Assembly: GCA_951406725.2 (NCBI GenBank)
Contig: OX597831.1
Span: forward strand, 12,028,001-12,092,000
Length of the DNA stretch: 64,000 nt
From: Octopus vulgaris
Lineage: Eukaryota
Direction of reading: 5' to 3'
Shown here: positions 40,287 through 55,171 of the stretch, one piece after another
Layout of the letters: each line of letters starts with the position of its first letter
How positions within the stretch are numbered: position 1 is the first letter of the stretch
Made by a program: the position numbers and the translations under genes
The notes under the pieces: generated by a model
What the model saw: only the letters and a program-made list of their open reading frames with translations
Database searches by the model: none
Told to the model about the DNA's origin: nothing

Positions 40287-40685
40287 AGGCGCAGGAGTGG
40301 CTGTGTGGTAAGTAGCTTGCTAACCAACCACATGGTTCCGGGTTCAGTCCCACTGCGTGGCATCTTGGGCAAGTGTCTTCTGCTATAGCTCCGGGCCGAC
40401 CAATGCCTTGTGAGTGGATTTGGTAGACGGAAACTGAAAGAAGCCTGTCGTATATATGTATATATATATATATATGTATGTGTGTGTTCGTGTGTCTGTG
40501 TTTGTCCCCCTAGAATTGCTTGACAACCGATGCTGGTGTGTTTACGTCCCCGTCACTTAGCGGTTCGGCAAAAGAGAGTACTGGGCTTACAAAGAATAAG
40601 TCGATTTGCTCGACTAAAGGCGGTGCTCCAGCATGGCCGCAGTCAAATGACTGAAACAGGTAAAAGAAAAAGAGAAAAGAAAGAG
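40287..40685 (+). mobile_element. SINE family B, best-preserved copy
   Basis: CpGs retained; tRNA-like head, CORE-like CTTGGGCAAGTGTCTT, internal (TA)(TG), GAAAA-repeat tail. Confidence 0.9.
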
Positions 40686-41187
40686 TTAATGTAACAGTGC
40701 TTGTGTGTTTTAATGATTACAATGACTCTACGATGACGTAATTATCATCTTTGTGTCAAAATGTCGTCTCTGTTAAAATCATTCGCCAGATGAGATCAAC
40801 TCAAAACTTATGTGACGTAAAAAAAAAAAAAATTTGAAAATGTTTAAAATAATTATAAAACAGATACGAGAACTAATAGGAATATCTCTGTCAGAAATGA
40901 CTTTTACTAAACTAAAAATGATTAAGGGTTGTTAAATTACAAGAAACGAAATCATATTTACACTAATTTTTAGTCGCCTGAAAAGTTTTAGGAGCAGGTG
41001 TGACAAAACAGTTAATTGGAGGTAGAGTTATATGTAGATAGAAACGAACAAAATAGATTGATAGCTTGTATACAGAATTAACACTTACTATCACAAATTT
41101 CATGGAATATGGAGAAAAAGCAGAATTTATATTTGATGTATCTATATATGTATGAATGTACATATGTCTATATATGTGTGTGTGTAC

Positions 41188-41220
<33 letters not shown>

Positions 41221-41244
41221 TACTTACACATATGTATGTGTATG

Positions 41245-41286
<42 letters not shown>

Positions 41287-41312
41287 TATATATGTATATA
41301 TATATATATAAA

Positions 41313-41830
41313 ATGAAGGCATTTTAAATGTTAAATGGCGTTCTTTTACTCCAAACACAGGTGTCCTTGCATCTGCAGGCATCACGTCAATTAAAGCTAT
41401 GATTTTAAGGGACCAAATGAGATAGTGTGGCCATATTGTTTGAATGGTGAATGAACACATTCTGAAACAGCTGTTTTATGGTGAGCTTGCAGTGGGGAAA
41501 CGCTATCAGTGTAAACCTAAATAGAGGTCTAAGGACGGCATAAAGATTACTATGAAGTCACTTGGAATGGATCCAGAAGACATAGAAACCCTTGCTTCGG
41601 ATTGAGTTGGATAGCGAACAAAAGTGTGTAGTGGAGTGAAAGTATTTGAAGAGGTCAGGATAATGCATATAAGACTCAAAAGAGGTCTAAGTAAGAATGT
41701 AACGATCAAGAAGGGGAATGACAATGACCTTTTTGTGTGCACAGTCTGTGACAGACCAGGCCTGTCTTTTACTGGCCGGTCTTTTCAGAACATTGTCTGC
41801 TTTAAGAAGCCACATCAGATGCCATGATGG
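41313..41830 (+). pseudogene. RTE-clade LINE C-terminal remnant (second lineage)
   Basis: ILNVKW...QMR*CGHIV*M...KQLFYGELAVGKR...KD, then CTVC (zinc-finger-like). Confidence 0.8.
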
Positions 41831-41885
41831 TTCTAAGGTGTAGGTACAGGAGGTGGTCAAACTCTGCATAAGGAGTACACAACCA

Positions 41886-41942
<57 letters not shown>

Positions 41943-42756
41943 TATACATATATATATACATATATATATACATATATATATAAAATGAAATTGTTCAAAA
42001 TATTTATTTCAGTTCTCTCTCACTTTCTCTTCTACACAGACACATACAAACACACACACACGTGACTGAAGCTTCTTGAATTGTAAGATATTTCACATTT
42101 CCAATTGAAGTAGGAAAGTAGTAGTAAATGACAATAAACAAAAATGCATCATAAGTTGCTTTGTGTTTCTGATTCAAGTAGGAAAGCAGTGTGACAAGAA
42201 GTAAATATATTTGCAAACACATTAAACAAAAATAACACATCAAAATCCGAATAGCCAACAATATATCAAGATTTGATTGGTTTCAGAGGAAAAAAAAACA
42301 GAAAACAAAACAGAAAAGCACGTAAGAAAATGTATAATGCATCACCCATTCGTCTAGTCATTGGTCTTGCACAGAACACATGGTATTTTTCTCTGATCGT
42401 GTGTAAAAACAAGTGATATTTTCATGCTTTCAGTATCATCTATATAAAGTGCATGGAGGCAAGTGTCTGGTGTCAGTAAAGATTTAAATCTTTATCAACG
42501 ATAACCACTTCATTAAGTCAGTTGTTAAAGGGAAACTCAGAGTTGCTATTCAAGAAGCTTCAACTTCTAATATCGTTATACACACTCTCCTTTGTGCATT
42601 CAATACTTTTCCTAGTATGTAAACACAAACACTTACTAATATACATACATATATACACTGCTGTCATTCACTTCCCTCTTGTCAACTTTGCCCAGAAGGT
42701 ACAAAGGTCTGAATGTTGGATATTCCACACTCCACACCACTCTTTCTATCACTTTC

Positions 42757-42848
<92 letters not shown>

Positions 42849-43327
42849 GTGTGTGTGTGTGTGTGTGTGTGTGGCCTAGTGGTATGGGTGTTGCATACAC
42901 AATTGCAAGATTTTGGTTTCAATTCCCAGACCAGAGGTGCATTGTTTTCAAGAACAAAACACTTCTTTTCATATTGGTCCAGCTAACTCAACTGTAAATG
43001 GATTGCAACTCTGCAATGGATTGGTGTCTCGATCTGCTTTGACCAGAATGACTCTATCTAAAGGCTACAACAATGCAACGAAGCACATTGTGAGCAGTGG
43101 TATATTAGCACAACTGATAATCTGGCCAATACAGTGGTAGCTTCATCTAATACCCTGTCCAACCCATGCTAGCATGGGTTGGACAGTTTGACAGAAACTG
43201 GCAAGCCAGAGGACTATGCCAAGCTCCCTTAACTACTTTGGCATACTCTTTATAGCCTGATGCCCATCCAAACACCAACCACTTTGCAGAGTGGACTGAG
43301 TATATTTTACATCACACTAGCACCATA

Positions 43328-43380
<53 letters not shown>

Positions 43381-46300
43381 TATAGTTCTTTAGTTAATAT
43401 TATTTATTCTATGTTTAATGATTTCATTTTTTCTTCTTTTTCCTACCACATTGCCACTGTAGTAATTAAAGACAATCAAACAATTTGTGGATAATTATTT
43501 TTGTGTAAGATAAATAATCTTTCACCACCAAGAAAAAATCTATTGATACATTTCAGTCTAAAAGATGCTAACTCTTTCTTAAGGATTCAGTCAATTCTCC
43601 ATTCTCAAACAGCGCAGATAATAACTAAAAGCTATTTATTAAAATATAATCAATGAGCAGTAGACTCATTTGCATAATGGCACAAGGATGCCGCCCAGAC
43701 AATATTATTATTATGTTCCAATGTAACATTTGTATTGAATAAATAAAAATATACACACCCATATCGAAACGCATTTGTTATTGCTCTCAAATTGATTGCA
43801 CAAGGACTTTATTGCCAACATTGCAGTGCCATGCAGATCAGTCATTTCCCAGGTACACACTTGTTTATATCTCAGTAAGTACCCTTCAGCCCCTATTGTC
43901 AACAGTTTTGGTGGGGGAACTGACAGAGTGAGAGAGGTGGCCGAATCTTGATGTATTATCAAATAGCAAAGAAAGTTGGTGCCAGTTTGCTCTTCCTCCC
44001 AGGCTGCTGTCAAGAAAAGCTTGTCAATTTGTCATGGGCCTAATCATACACAGATATGTGGTTGAGGAATGGGAAAATAATGTTGAAAGTTAAGAGAATA
44101 GCAAACAACAGAAACTATAAAATCCTACCAGAGGTCAACTTCGCTTTATATTCTTTGAGAGAAACGATGGGGGCATAGGAGGGGAGGGGTCATCAGAAGT
44201 TAATACAATACAGACTAGTGATTTTACTGTAGTCAGGTCAGTTTAAATTACTCTGCCACACCACAATGCAAAAAAAGAAAGATAAAGAAGTGGTTGGTCT
44301 TGCGCTAAAATCAGAAATATTGATGTTAATATATGCGCAATAATACAGTTAATAAACTGCAGTTAAGCACAGCCAAAAAACCATAATTGCTCATTCTTCT
44401 TTATTGTTTTGTTTGGATGGGTTTATGAATTCCTCACATTAGAAATAAGATATTCCAGCCAACACTAACCAAAAAGCAATCTGTAATAGAACAAGTTATT
44501 TTCAACCAAGATTAACATGATTTTTTTTGTTTTACTAAAGGTACAGATCAATGCGTATAGTAAGAGTTGAACTTAAAACCTTTTGGTCAATATTCCAGCA
44601 TATTAAGTACTCAGCTATTAATTATACAACATAATTAAATAAGTAAATGTTGAAAATATATTACACTCTTCATACAGAACCATTTTAAAGAGTTATTCTT
44701 ATATCCGAAATATAAATTGCAAAATTACTAAAGAGAAAATATATTACCAAAACAAGGTTTTATAATTTGGAGGAAAAAATATAATTTGAACACTTCTTTA
44801 GCTATTAAGCACTTGCTCACACACACACACATTTATATACAAAATCATCAAAATCTTAACTTTAAAATAAGATTTTATTGAAAAGAAGACTAAAATTTTC
44901 CTCAGGACTTATCAATACAAACAGTCAAATTCGCCCAACAGAAAATTTCTGAGCCTACATTTTCATCTAGGATTCCCAATTTTATTTAGAAATAAATTAG
45001 AATTCTTAGTTTAATATCTAAACACTACTATTTTTTTTTTCAACAAAACCCTCATATCATTTATAGAAATCTCCAACCTGCTCCATTTATATCCCCATAT
45101 TGCATTCATCAAACCACTTCTTATAATTCTATTATGTGATGCAAACGTTATCAGTCATCAAAGTTTGCAAGTTTCAAAGTGAAAAAGGTGCTTTATGTAA
45201 GCCATATCTAATAACCAAAAAGATTAAAAAAACAACAAAAAACCAGAAAAATCCAACATCCTGAAGATTAGCATCATTTTCTTTTCCCATTTCTTAATCA
45301 AACGCAGTTCGCTTTCTGCCAGCTAAATTCCTTAAAATCCTTTGATATAAAAGCCAAAATTTATTATGTATATACTTATCAGATTCATCTCATATATATA
45401 TATATGTGTATATATGTGTGTGTGTGTGTATATACATATATACTTATACACACACACATATATATACAGCTAGATATATATATGCTTATCAAGGGGTTCA
45501 TCTTGACTGAACTCCAAAACATCACTTATATACACCAATTCTTCTCCTCACACAAGAATTTCTCTAAAATATTGACCTTTCTTTCCAATATGATGGGGGC
45601 GGAGGAGGAATTCTTTCTCAACTATTTGCTCAGGTATGAATGTTAGAAATTCTTTTGTACTGGAAGACCAGGAAACTTAATAATAATAACTAATTTTATG
45701 ACAACAGTTTTTAGTTAAATTAAAAAAAGCTAATTATGGAATTGCAATTTGGTTTGTATTATAGAAGTGCCATGTTGATGATTAGAAAGTGAGACTAACA
45801 ATAATGGAACAATTATTAAGTTATTGGTTGTAGGTGTTGCTGTGTGGTTAAAGCAACTGCTTCACAGCCACGATTCTGAGTTCAGTCCTGCTGCATGGTG
45901 CTTTGAGTAAAAATCTTTTACATCAGCCAGGACTGAAATTTTGTACATAGAAAATATGTGCAAGGAAATTGTCACATGTATGTGTTGCATGGCTGGGATG
46001 TTCCGATAAGATCCAGTGAGCAGGGGAGGAACTATGTCTTGCTCTGATGCTTGCTTTGGCATGATTTCTACAGTTAGACACCCTTCCTAACATCAACCAG
46101 TTTACAGAGTGGACTAAGAGCATTTTTTTTTGTTTTTGGCGACATCTTCACTGGTTGAGGTCACCAAGTAACTCACAAGATGAAGAAAAACAAAGCCCCC
46201 CCCCGACTCTGTTGAGTGTGGTTGCAGAACATGGGAGAAGTGACTTTATGCTAGGTTTTGAGAGGCTTAAGTATGATACAGGGACAGGCACAGATATCTT

Positions 46301-46906
46301 TCTATAGAGGAGATACTTGGCCAACCCACATAATATAAGAATGAGAGTGAGTAACTAAGAAGTAGAAAAAGATATTGGTGATGCTAGCTATCTGCCTGTC
46401 TGTCTATCTGTGTCTGTACAACAGAGGTGTATAATAGAGAAAGATGTACACATGAGAAAAACCAATAAACTGCCAATCAGAATACATTGTGGTATTTGTT
46501 CTGCCCAAGTTACAGACACTCCCTTTTAACTATCACCATTGAAATGCAGGGAACCAGTTGGAAACCTGTAACTAAAGATGTTACTTTTCAGAAAAATGCC
46601 TAACGAATCTATCAAAATAGAAGTTATCAGGTGAACATTATTATTGTACATCTCAAGCTAATGTGTTTCAACACTGAGCATAATATTCTTATAAGGATCA
46701 ACTTACACATCTGCATAATTTGCACAATATTTGTTTTCTGTTAAGTCTTAGTCTCATGTATTTATTTTTAATAAGGATTAATTTTAATAATTCAAATTTG
46801 TTCCTTTTTTTTTAAAGAAATATTCTTTACTTTTAAATCCTCCAAATCCTTCTATTCAACCAGGAATGTTTTCTTTTTCCATTTCAAAGAGTATAATTCT
46901 TCAGGA

Positions 46907-46942
<36 letters not shown>

Positions 46943-47112
46943 TTAGCAAACGTAGTTAAAACTTGGTATTAAAAAAATGTCAGAAATAAAAAAAAAAAGT
47001 AACAACAAAAATAAAACACATAAATGAAATATTATTTACATATTTTTCTCACTATTTTTCACTAAGTTAACTAAATTCCTAGACACTTTATAAATTATAA
47101 ATATGATTTATA

Positions 47113-47149
<37 letters not shown>

Positions 47150-47785
47150 CACACATGCACATACACACGAAAGCCATTATAATTCAAAGAGTTTCATAAA
47201 TGACAGAAAAATGGATATTATTTAAAAGATTTTGATCTTTCTTTATGTTTGCCTAGTGAAATAATAAAATATATTTACAATTTAAAAAAGGAAAACATTA
47301 TTACGGCAAGCTTTTTGTATTTCAGTTGAAAAGAAAAAGAAAAAAACCAAGCGAATGAAATATATCTCTATAGAATATTGTTACTTCCAAATACATTGAA
47401 CTAACAGTATTTTTCTTTCCAAATTTACATGGATTAATGAGTGTTATTAAATGTTACTACATCGAAAATATAAAACACAAACAGAAAAGAACAACTGCAA
47501 ACATGACAAAATATAACTAAACAAAATCTAAAGTTTAATAGCTAATATTGATATATATTGAATCATTATTACTAAATCAAATTTTCTTCTTCGAAACTAC
47601 TATGACTACTACTACTACAACTACTGCTGCTGCTAAAAATATGACACTGGTGGAAAACAGGTTAGATTTCCAAAGAGATTTGGTTTAATACTCCTTGCCA
47701 GTGAAATATCTATGTAAATTTGTGCGTACTGCGCGATACAATGTAATCCACAGAGTGGTTGCTATATCTACTAGTTAGAATGTGT

Positions 47786-48077
47786 ATTTATAAAAATATT
47801 TATAGAGGATTAAAAGGGTTGAAGTAAAGTATTACAAATCCAACAGCTGTTTCTGGGGGCTTGATGATTAAAAAAGTTTTTAAATCTTTGAACTTCTTTC
47901 CTTTAGCACCTCAAATGTAAGATCTCTTTCCTGAAGATAGAGGCTTATCTCATCCTATGATGGAATCAATGTACAAACATTATCTTGGACCGCCAAGCCT
48001 CTAGAAACAGCTGTCAGATTTGTAATCCATTTCTTCAACACTTTTAATCCTCTATATCATTTATAAAAATATTTATA
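47786..48077. mobile_element. Inverted-arm element with 19-bp flanking direct repeat
   Basis: Arms 47801-47863 and 47994-48056 match at 55/63 positions; ATTTATAAAAATATTTATA at 47786-47804 and 48059-48077. Confidence 0.8.
47928..48020 (+). ncRNA. Type I hammerhead ribozyme core (helix I degenerate)
   Basis: CUGAAGA (47931-47937), perfect 9-bp helix II UAGAGGCUU/AAGCCUCUA, GAAAC-AGCU-GUC (48004-48015). Confidence 0.6.
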
Positions 48078-49013
48078 TATAAGTATGTATGCATGTATAT
48101 ATTATATATATTTGTATTATATACAACCATATGTACACCCCTCTGAATAAGTGGGGGATAAATTATGATTAGTTGTGATATTATGGAGAATACCTGTCTA
48201 AGTATACTAGTAAAATATATTGAATATGTACCATGAAGGATGCATTGAGATAAAAAAAAGACATGAGGAAAAATAACTTGAAAAAAAAAACACAAAAGAA
48301 AATGAAAATGAGAAAATTTGCTTTCAATCATAGAATTCTTATTTTAATCTCCCAACAAATATAATACAGGAATATGGAAATGTCTGCTGTAGTTTTATAA
48401 ATTTCTAACATAGGGACAAGATATTAAATTTGAGGGAAGAGTAGAATCAGTTCAATTGATCCACCCCTGACCCCCTCGGGTCTTGACTGCTGCTTTAATT
48501 GACTGATCCCTGTGCCTAGTCTAGAAGGATGATAGGCCCTCAAAGTTGGATTTAAACTCGGAATATATGGAAATGTAACTAAATACGGCAAGGCATTTTA
48601 TGTGGTCCTTTACCAATTCTAATACAGAGACAGGGTACCACTCTGCTTTCCTTGAATATTAGAATTAATAGAGCATCAGACAAAATATCTCCTAACGAGA
48701 GAGAGAGAGTTAGTGAAATTATACAGATAAATGGAAGTTATACCATTATATTGAAAAAGTGTTGCCTAGAGTTCAGACTGAAGAAAAACAGCAGAAAATT
48801 GTTTAACTGCTGCAAAATATTGGTTTGCATTGTGTAATGGAATAATTTATGTTTATTGTTGGAACTTAAGAAATAAATATAAAATTTTCATTTAAAATCA
48901 TGGAAATATAATCTAACAGAAAGTAAGCAAATGTTTTCCTTTTACTTAGTAGTTTTCAGATTTCCAAAAGTTTACCCTTTTCTCACAGAAGCAGGAGCCA
49001 TAGTGGTAAATTT

Positions 49014-50204
49014 CTGATGCCTGCTCAGAAGGTAAACAATATAAAAAAAATTGGTGGTATTTTTAATTGCTAAAAAATATTTACTTCTAAGTAGTAACAT
49101 TCGATGTTATCTAAATTATTTCTCGAATAATAATTCCATCCTGTTTCCACCCCATCCCATCCTGACACTTTACAAAACTTCAGAACAATCTAGATATCAA
49201 CTTTTTGATATTTCTAAGACCAAATACAATATGCCAGGATATTCTTCCTCCTAGCACCATTCAAGTTGCTGAGTGACCCCTGGTGACTTCCTTCACAAAC
49301 ACTCATCATTCTGATCGGTTTAGGACAGTTCTCAGCAGATGCTATTTGCCTGTTTTGTGACTGTTGCCCTCATCCCAACTCTCTCTTCATTGCTCATGAA
49401 ATCTTTTTGACAGCTAATAAGTCCTAAGTATGTTAGCTTCCATGGCTGAGGAATTAGGCATTGGTGAGCTAATAAGGCAGCCGCTATGCAGTCACACAAT
49501 CTACAACAAAGCACAGCCAAATATATCTCATATCTCACTGTACCATCAGTAAAAATAAAATAAAAGAAAAGCAGGACACCTCAGGGAGTGCCATCAATAC
49601 AACTTGAACTTGCTGACTTTGTGCCATCACTTGCAAGATCTTACAGAGGTTTTTACTATTCAGAGTCACTTTGAAGATAAATGAGTTCCTCACTAAACTC
49701 GTATGTTGCAGAATATACTCTGGTGACATTTCCACACTTTGGTCAGGTTGTTCATTGCAGAGATACCCTTAACCATATTTAGTCATGTAAACTTTATTTA
49801 TAAAAGCACTCATCCTTTGCCTGTTTTTAAGATGGCTGGTCCAACAAACCAGTCATCTTAGCTCTCATACACTTAAAAGTAGCCCACTGACTATGCCAAT
49901 ATAGTTACTAAAACAAATAAAAAAAAAGAAAGATTTACTGGGTGGGGTGGGGGTGGGGGCAAAAAATACAGAGTGGTTTTCCTTCAAAGATGTGGGTACA
50001 TAAGAATGAGAAGCCAATCCCCACCAAAAACAAACAAAACAGATGCTGCTGAATGCCACTGTGTGACTGCATAGTGGCCCCCGCCTTAGCTCACCAATGC
50101 ATAATTCCTCAGCCATGGAAGCCAACATACTTAGGACATATTTGCTGCCAACTGTTTGATGGTCTCAAGCAAGGCATCTTCGAACTATTCTGAGCAGGCA
50201 TCAG
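49014..50204. repeat. Long nested inverted repeats (predicted dsRNA)
   Basis: 49407-49498 vs 50060-50151: 81/92 ungapped. 49014-49030 vs 50188-50204: 17/17. Additional inner stems. Confidence 0.9.
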
Positions 50205-51555
50205 TAGAAAAGATTTCCATAACCATCAAACTGAGACTATCATTATAGATGTAGATGTCCAACATAGAATACAAAGGTGACAACCGTATATTAAAAATGA
50301 GAGATAGGGTTTCATACTTAAACTAATTATACTTAAAAAAGAAAAAGAAAAAAAAAAGAAGCTAAAACACTGAATGATGTTTACTTTTTGGTCAGAATAA
50401 CACAGAAATATGTTAACACATGTAAACAATTTATTGTTGCTTCATGTTTTGAAAGATAATATTTTGCTATTCTTTTCTGATGGAATGAGCATCAAAATGA
50501 TTTTATAGCATGTCAATGCTTCTGGAAATATCAACAGACCACTGAATCAGGTCGATTTTGCATCTACAAACTAATATATAACTTCTACAACTATCAGCTG
50601 ATAGTTTAGCAAGCCAATGAGCAAGCTTCTACGCAGTCTTTCAGATTGCTAGAAACAACTGCTAAATATCTCTCAAATTGCACATGACTATCTATAATGA
50701 AAAAGGAGGATATACAGGATAATGAGGTCTATGATAGTCAGTGGTTGAAAAAATAAAGGGGGATGGTCGTGGTTAGGAATGCCTTTGATCATAGGTTTGC
50801 TCAATTAGAGCTCACCTGAGAGTTAGACAAACAACAGTAACAATAATTGTTACCTTTCATTTTCCAATAAATTGAAACATTGATCCATTGATCTTGGACT
50901 AATCTAATACATTCACTCACCCCCTTCCTCTCTTTCAATTATTTATTTCCTTTTTACATATAAAGAAAATAAATAATATTGTGTGCATATATATATTTAC
51001 ATACACACAAATTTATGAAAAAAAAAATGTAATTATTTCATTATATTATGTTATGAAGTAATCAACAAAAATAACAGCAAACTACAAAAAATAAAATAAA
51101 ATAAAAAAGCAGGGTATCAAGATATTAGCTAACGAGAAAAAAATAATAAAAATATATATAACAAAAGCAGAAATCCAAATAAAAGGTTAAAAAAAATATT
51201 TTTATTTTTTACTAATGTTATGAAAAATCTAAGCAACATGTTAAATTTTTCTATTTTTTTAAAAAAATTATTTTGTAATTTCCTTCTTCCTCTGATTATT
51301 CTTCTTCTTCTTCTTCAGAAAGAAATTAAGAATCCAAAGAAAGTTGCTATATTCGTTAAATCACTCAATCAACAAACGAAACACTTTGCCACATGAGAAG
51401 CAAGGCAAGTTCAGGAGAATAATAATTTACAAATCTGCTACATATTTAGCATACATAGATAATTAATTAATCAATCAATCATCATTATCATCATCATCCT
51501 TCTCATCATTATCATCATCTCTCACACATATATACACACATGCACACACGCACTG

Positions 51556-51599
<44 letters not shown>

Positions 51600-52465
51600 T
51601 TTTAGTGTGTTGTGTTATTACGTGTGATTTATTTACTTAATAAAAGTTCACAACCTATAGATTTGATGAGCTCTTGAAAGTGTCGTTATACAAGCAGATA
51701 TAATTAATACAACATATACAAATCATAATAATGATAATAATAATAATAATAATAATAAAAGGATAAAATGATAATAATAATATTTATAATTATGATTTCT
51801 AACATAGGCTCATGGCCTCACGTTTGGGAGGGAGAGGAGGGGGTAGTAAAGTCAATAATATCATGTCCCAGGACTTGACAGGGACTTATCTGTCGAACCA
51901 CTGAAGGATGAAAGGCAAAGCTGACCTTGGTGAGATTTGAAACCAGGAAGTAAAAAAAGGCATAACTAAATCAAGCATGGCACTCTATTTACCATTCTAC
52001 TGATTCTGATAATCCATTGTCTTCAAGAATAATAATAATAATAATAATAATAATTATAAGAAGAATGGTAATTACTGATTTAGGCGAAAGGCCAACACTT
52101 TTGAAGGGAAGGAATTAGTCAGGGTCATCAAGCCTAGTACTTGACCGGTGCTTTATTTTACTGACCATAAAAGGGTGAAAGGCAAAGTTGACCTCAGCAG
52201 GATTTGAATTCAGTATGTTAAAAACAGGAATAAATACCACAAGGCATTTCTTCTGACAACCTAACCATTCTACTACTACTACAACTACTACTACTACTAC
52301 TGCTACTACTACTATCATAAAATAAACTTAAAGCTGTCACTCACAAATGAGTACAACTTGGTAGAATAAGCCATACTTTCACCAATTGTTTTAGAATGCT
52401 TATATAGTTATGAACAGATATAAATACTCTCTTGATCCAATGAAACATTGGGGATATGACAGCTG

Positions 52466-52511
<46 letters not shown>

Positions 52512-53624
52512 GAGAAAGAGCACCAGGCCTGTACTCATGACAGTTGAGTTGACTCGGCCAATGTGAAATGAAGTGCTTTGTTCAAGGATACAATTCACTG
52601 CCCAGTCCAGGAACTGAACCCATAATCATATGATCACAAATTCAACTGTCTAACAACTGAGCTACATGTTTTCACAACTACTTATATGGAAATAAAGCAT
52701 AAAAACAGTTAATAATCATATTTACATAAGTGGCATTAAACCTGATATTTTAAGGATGGGGTCGGGTGACGGAATTGAGAGTTTGCACTAATTATAATTA
52801 TTATTTACTCAAAGTCATTAGTAATATGTGTGAAGTGAAAGATGGCTTAATCCTTAAGCATTTAAGCCAGCCACATCTGACCAAAATAATCTTTTTATCT
52901 TCAAACTGTCCAGAGCCGGCCTCTCACACTTGCCTGACAATATTATTCTAAAAATAAGCAATCATGTCATTGAAGTCTCAAAGCTACAAGGTAATGTATG
53001 GTTAATTCATATCAATATGACTAAACAAATAGCACCTTTGACAAAGAAATCTGACTGCTAAAGGGCTTATATAATGAAACCTCATTAAATATAATGGTGT
53101 CATGTTAAATAAAGGGTCAAGGCCCTGTCTAAATCCCTGTCATTACTTTTAAAACACACACACAAGTTAAATTGTAAGGGTATAAATACAAAACAATATG
53201 GAAATGAAAATACTTCAGGATGCAATTTTATAAAAATTTACAGCTTGTAAACCAAGCAAATACACTGGGATTAGAGACAGCACTATGTTACCCCTCTGAA
53301 GCGAAAATATAGAATAATTAAAACTTCAGTGTTAATTAATAATTGAGCATATAATTAAGGAACTGTATGAAATATTAATAAGTTTTTATTTTAATTTCAA
53401 TTGCTACAATTACAATCAAACTCAAAACTTAATTTAGAATATAAGTTAATTGTTGTACACAAAATTCTCGGTACACCAAGGAAGAATTATGAATGTTTTA
53501 ATTAATTTTGAATACCAGATATTTATTACCTGTTTGGGCCAAAAAGTTATTCAGAATTTCTATTCTGATTGGTTACAACTAAAAATTTACTTAGCTTTGT
53601 GTACTTAAAAATGGCTGTAACTTT

Positions 53625-53693
<69 letters not shown>

Positions 53694-53809
53694 TGACAGA
53701 GAAAAGGAGCGAAAGTGAGTCAAGAGGTGTGAGATCCTGAGATGTTTAGTATAGAAAACACTTAGTAGTGCTCAAATAATTTGAACATACACATCAAAGT
53801 CTTATTGAC

Positions 53810-53886
<77 letters not shown>

Positions 53887-55171
53887 AATATATAAATATA
53901 TGCATACATGCAATGTTCTGCACCTACAGACCTACCCAGAATCTAATGAAAATTAAAATGGAAACAGCTCCGTGCAATCAGCATTCCAGATACCTAAATA
54001 GCAGACAATATATGTTGCACAAAAGTATAGCATTTGATTATTTTTTTTTTAATTATAACTTATATATCTATAAATTTGATATCCATTTTATCATATCTAT
54101 GTCAGCCCCTGTAAATTAACTGCAAAAGGAAAGGTGACGATAATGAACAAAGAGAAAGCTAGCAAACTATTCAGATCACGAAAAATTATTATTTTCCTAA
54201 TTTAGGAAATAAACAATAAGAATAAGACATTTGAATAGATATATAATTAGAAAGTTCTATGTAATTTTCTTTACTTATATAGAATAAAGATATGGGGAAA
54301 TATTTCCAAAATGTAGGGGGAAAAAAAAAAAAAAATCATTTTATTTTGTGCTTTGAAAATGTAATTATTTTTGTTCCAATTTTCTTTTTTAACTGCTTTT
54401 TTTTGTCTTGTGAATAATTTTGCTTTTAAAAATGCCAACAAATTTTAGAGATAACACAAGTCATGAAACCAAATATGATTAACCCAGTTCTTCAAATAAT
54501 ACGCAAAGAGATAAGGAATAAAAACAATATCAATAATATCAACATGAAAACTGAAAATTCCTCAGAAATTGCTAATAAATCCAATTAAAGCATTTCTAGC
54601 TCCATTGCAGTTATGAATTTAATGCTATTCTGATTCCTTAGAAAAGGATGTTTTTTTTTTATATTTTCATTTAAGAATCCACTTACAATCTGATTATATA
54701 AAACATTATTAAGCATTTAAAAGGTGGTATCTGAATTGCCAACTTTGAAGAATGCTCTGAAGATAAAATATTTATGGGGATAATTTATTTCCAAAGATAC
54801 CAATAAAAGAAGAATTGTTCTTCCACAAAAAACTGTCACCTGTCATTAGTACCTGAAGCATACTCAATCCATATTACTGTTACATTTCAAAACAACTACA
54901 TATTCACGTATTCTGTACCAACACAGGACAAATATGAGCAAACAATGATGCCTCTAGGTTATCACTTATCCTATTAAAAAAAAAAATCAACCAAATCTTC
55001 TTGAAATTTAGTATTTATACTAAGTATTTATACCTTTAGTATTTATACCAGCCATATCAGCTACAAATATTCTACATGTTTTATGTTCAAACTGACAAGA
55101 TTGGACCTCTCACACCTACCCTACAATGTCATTCTAAAAATATACAACCACATCACTGAAATCTCAAAGCT

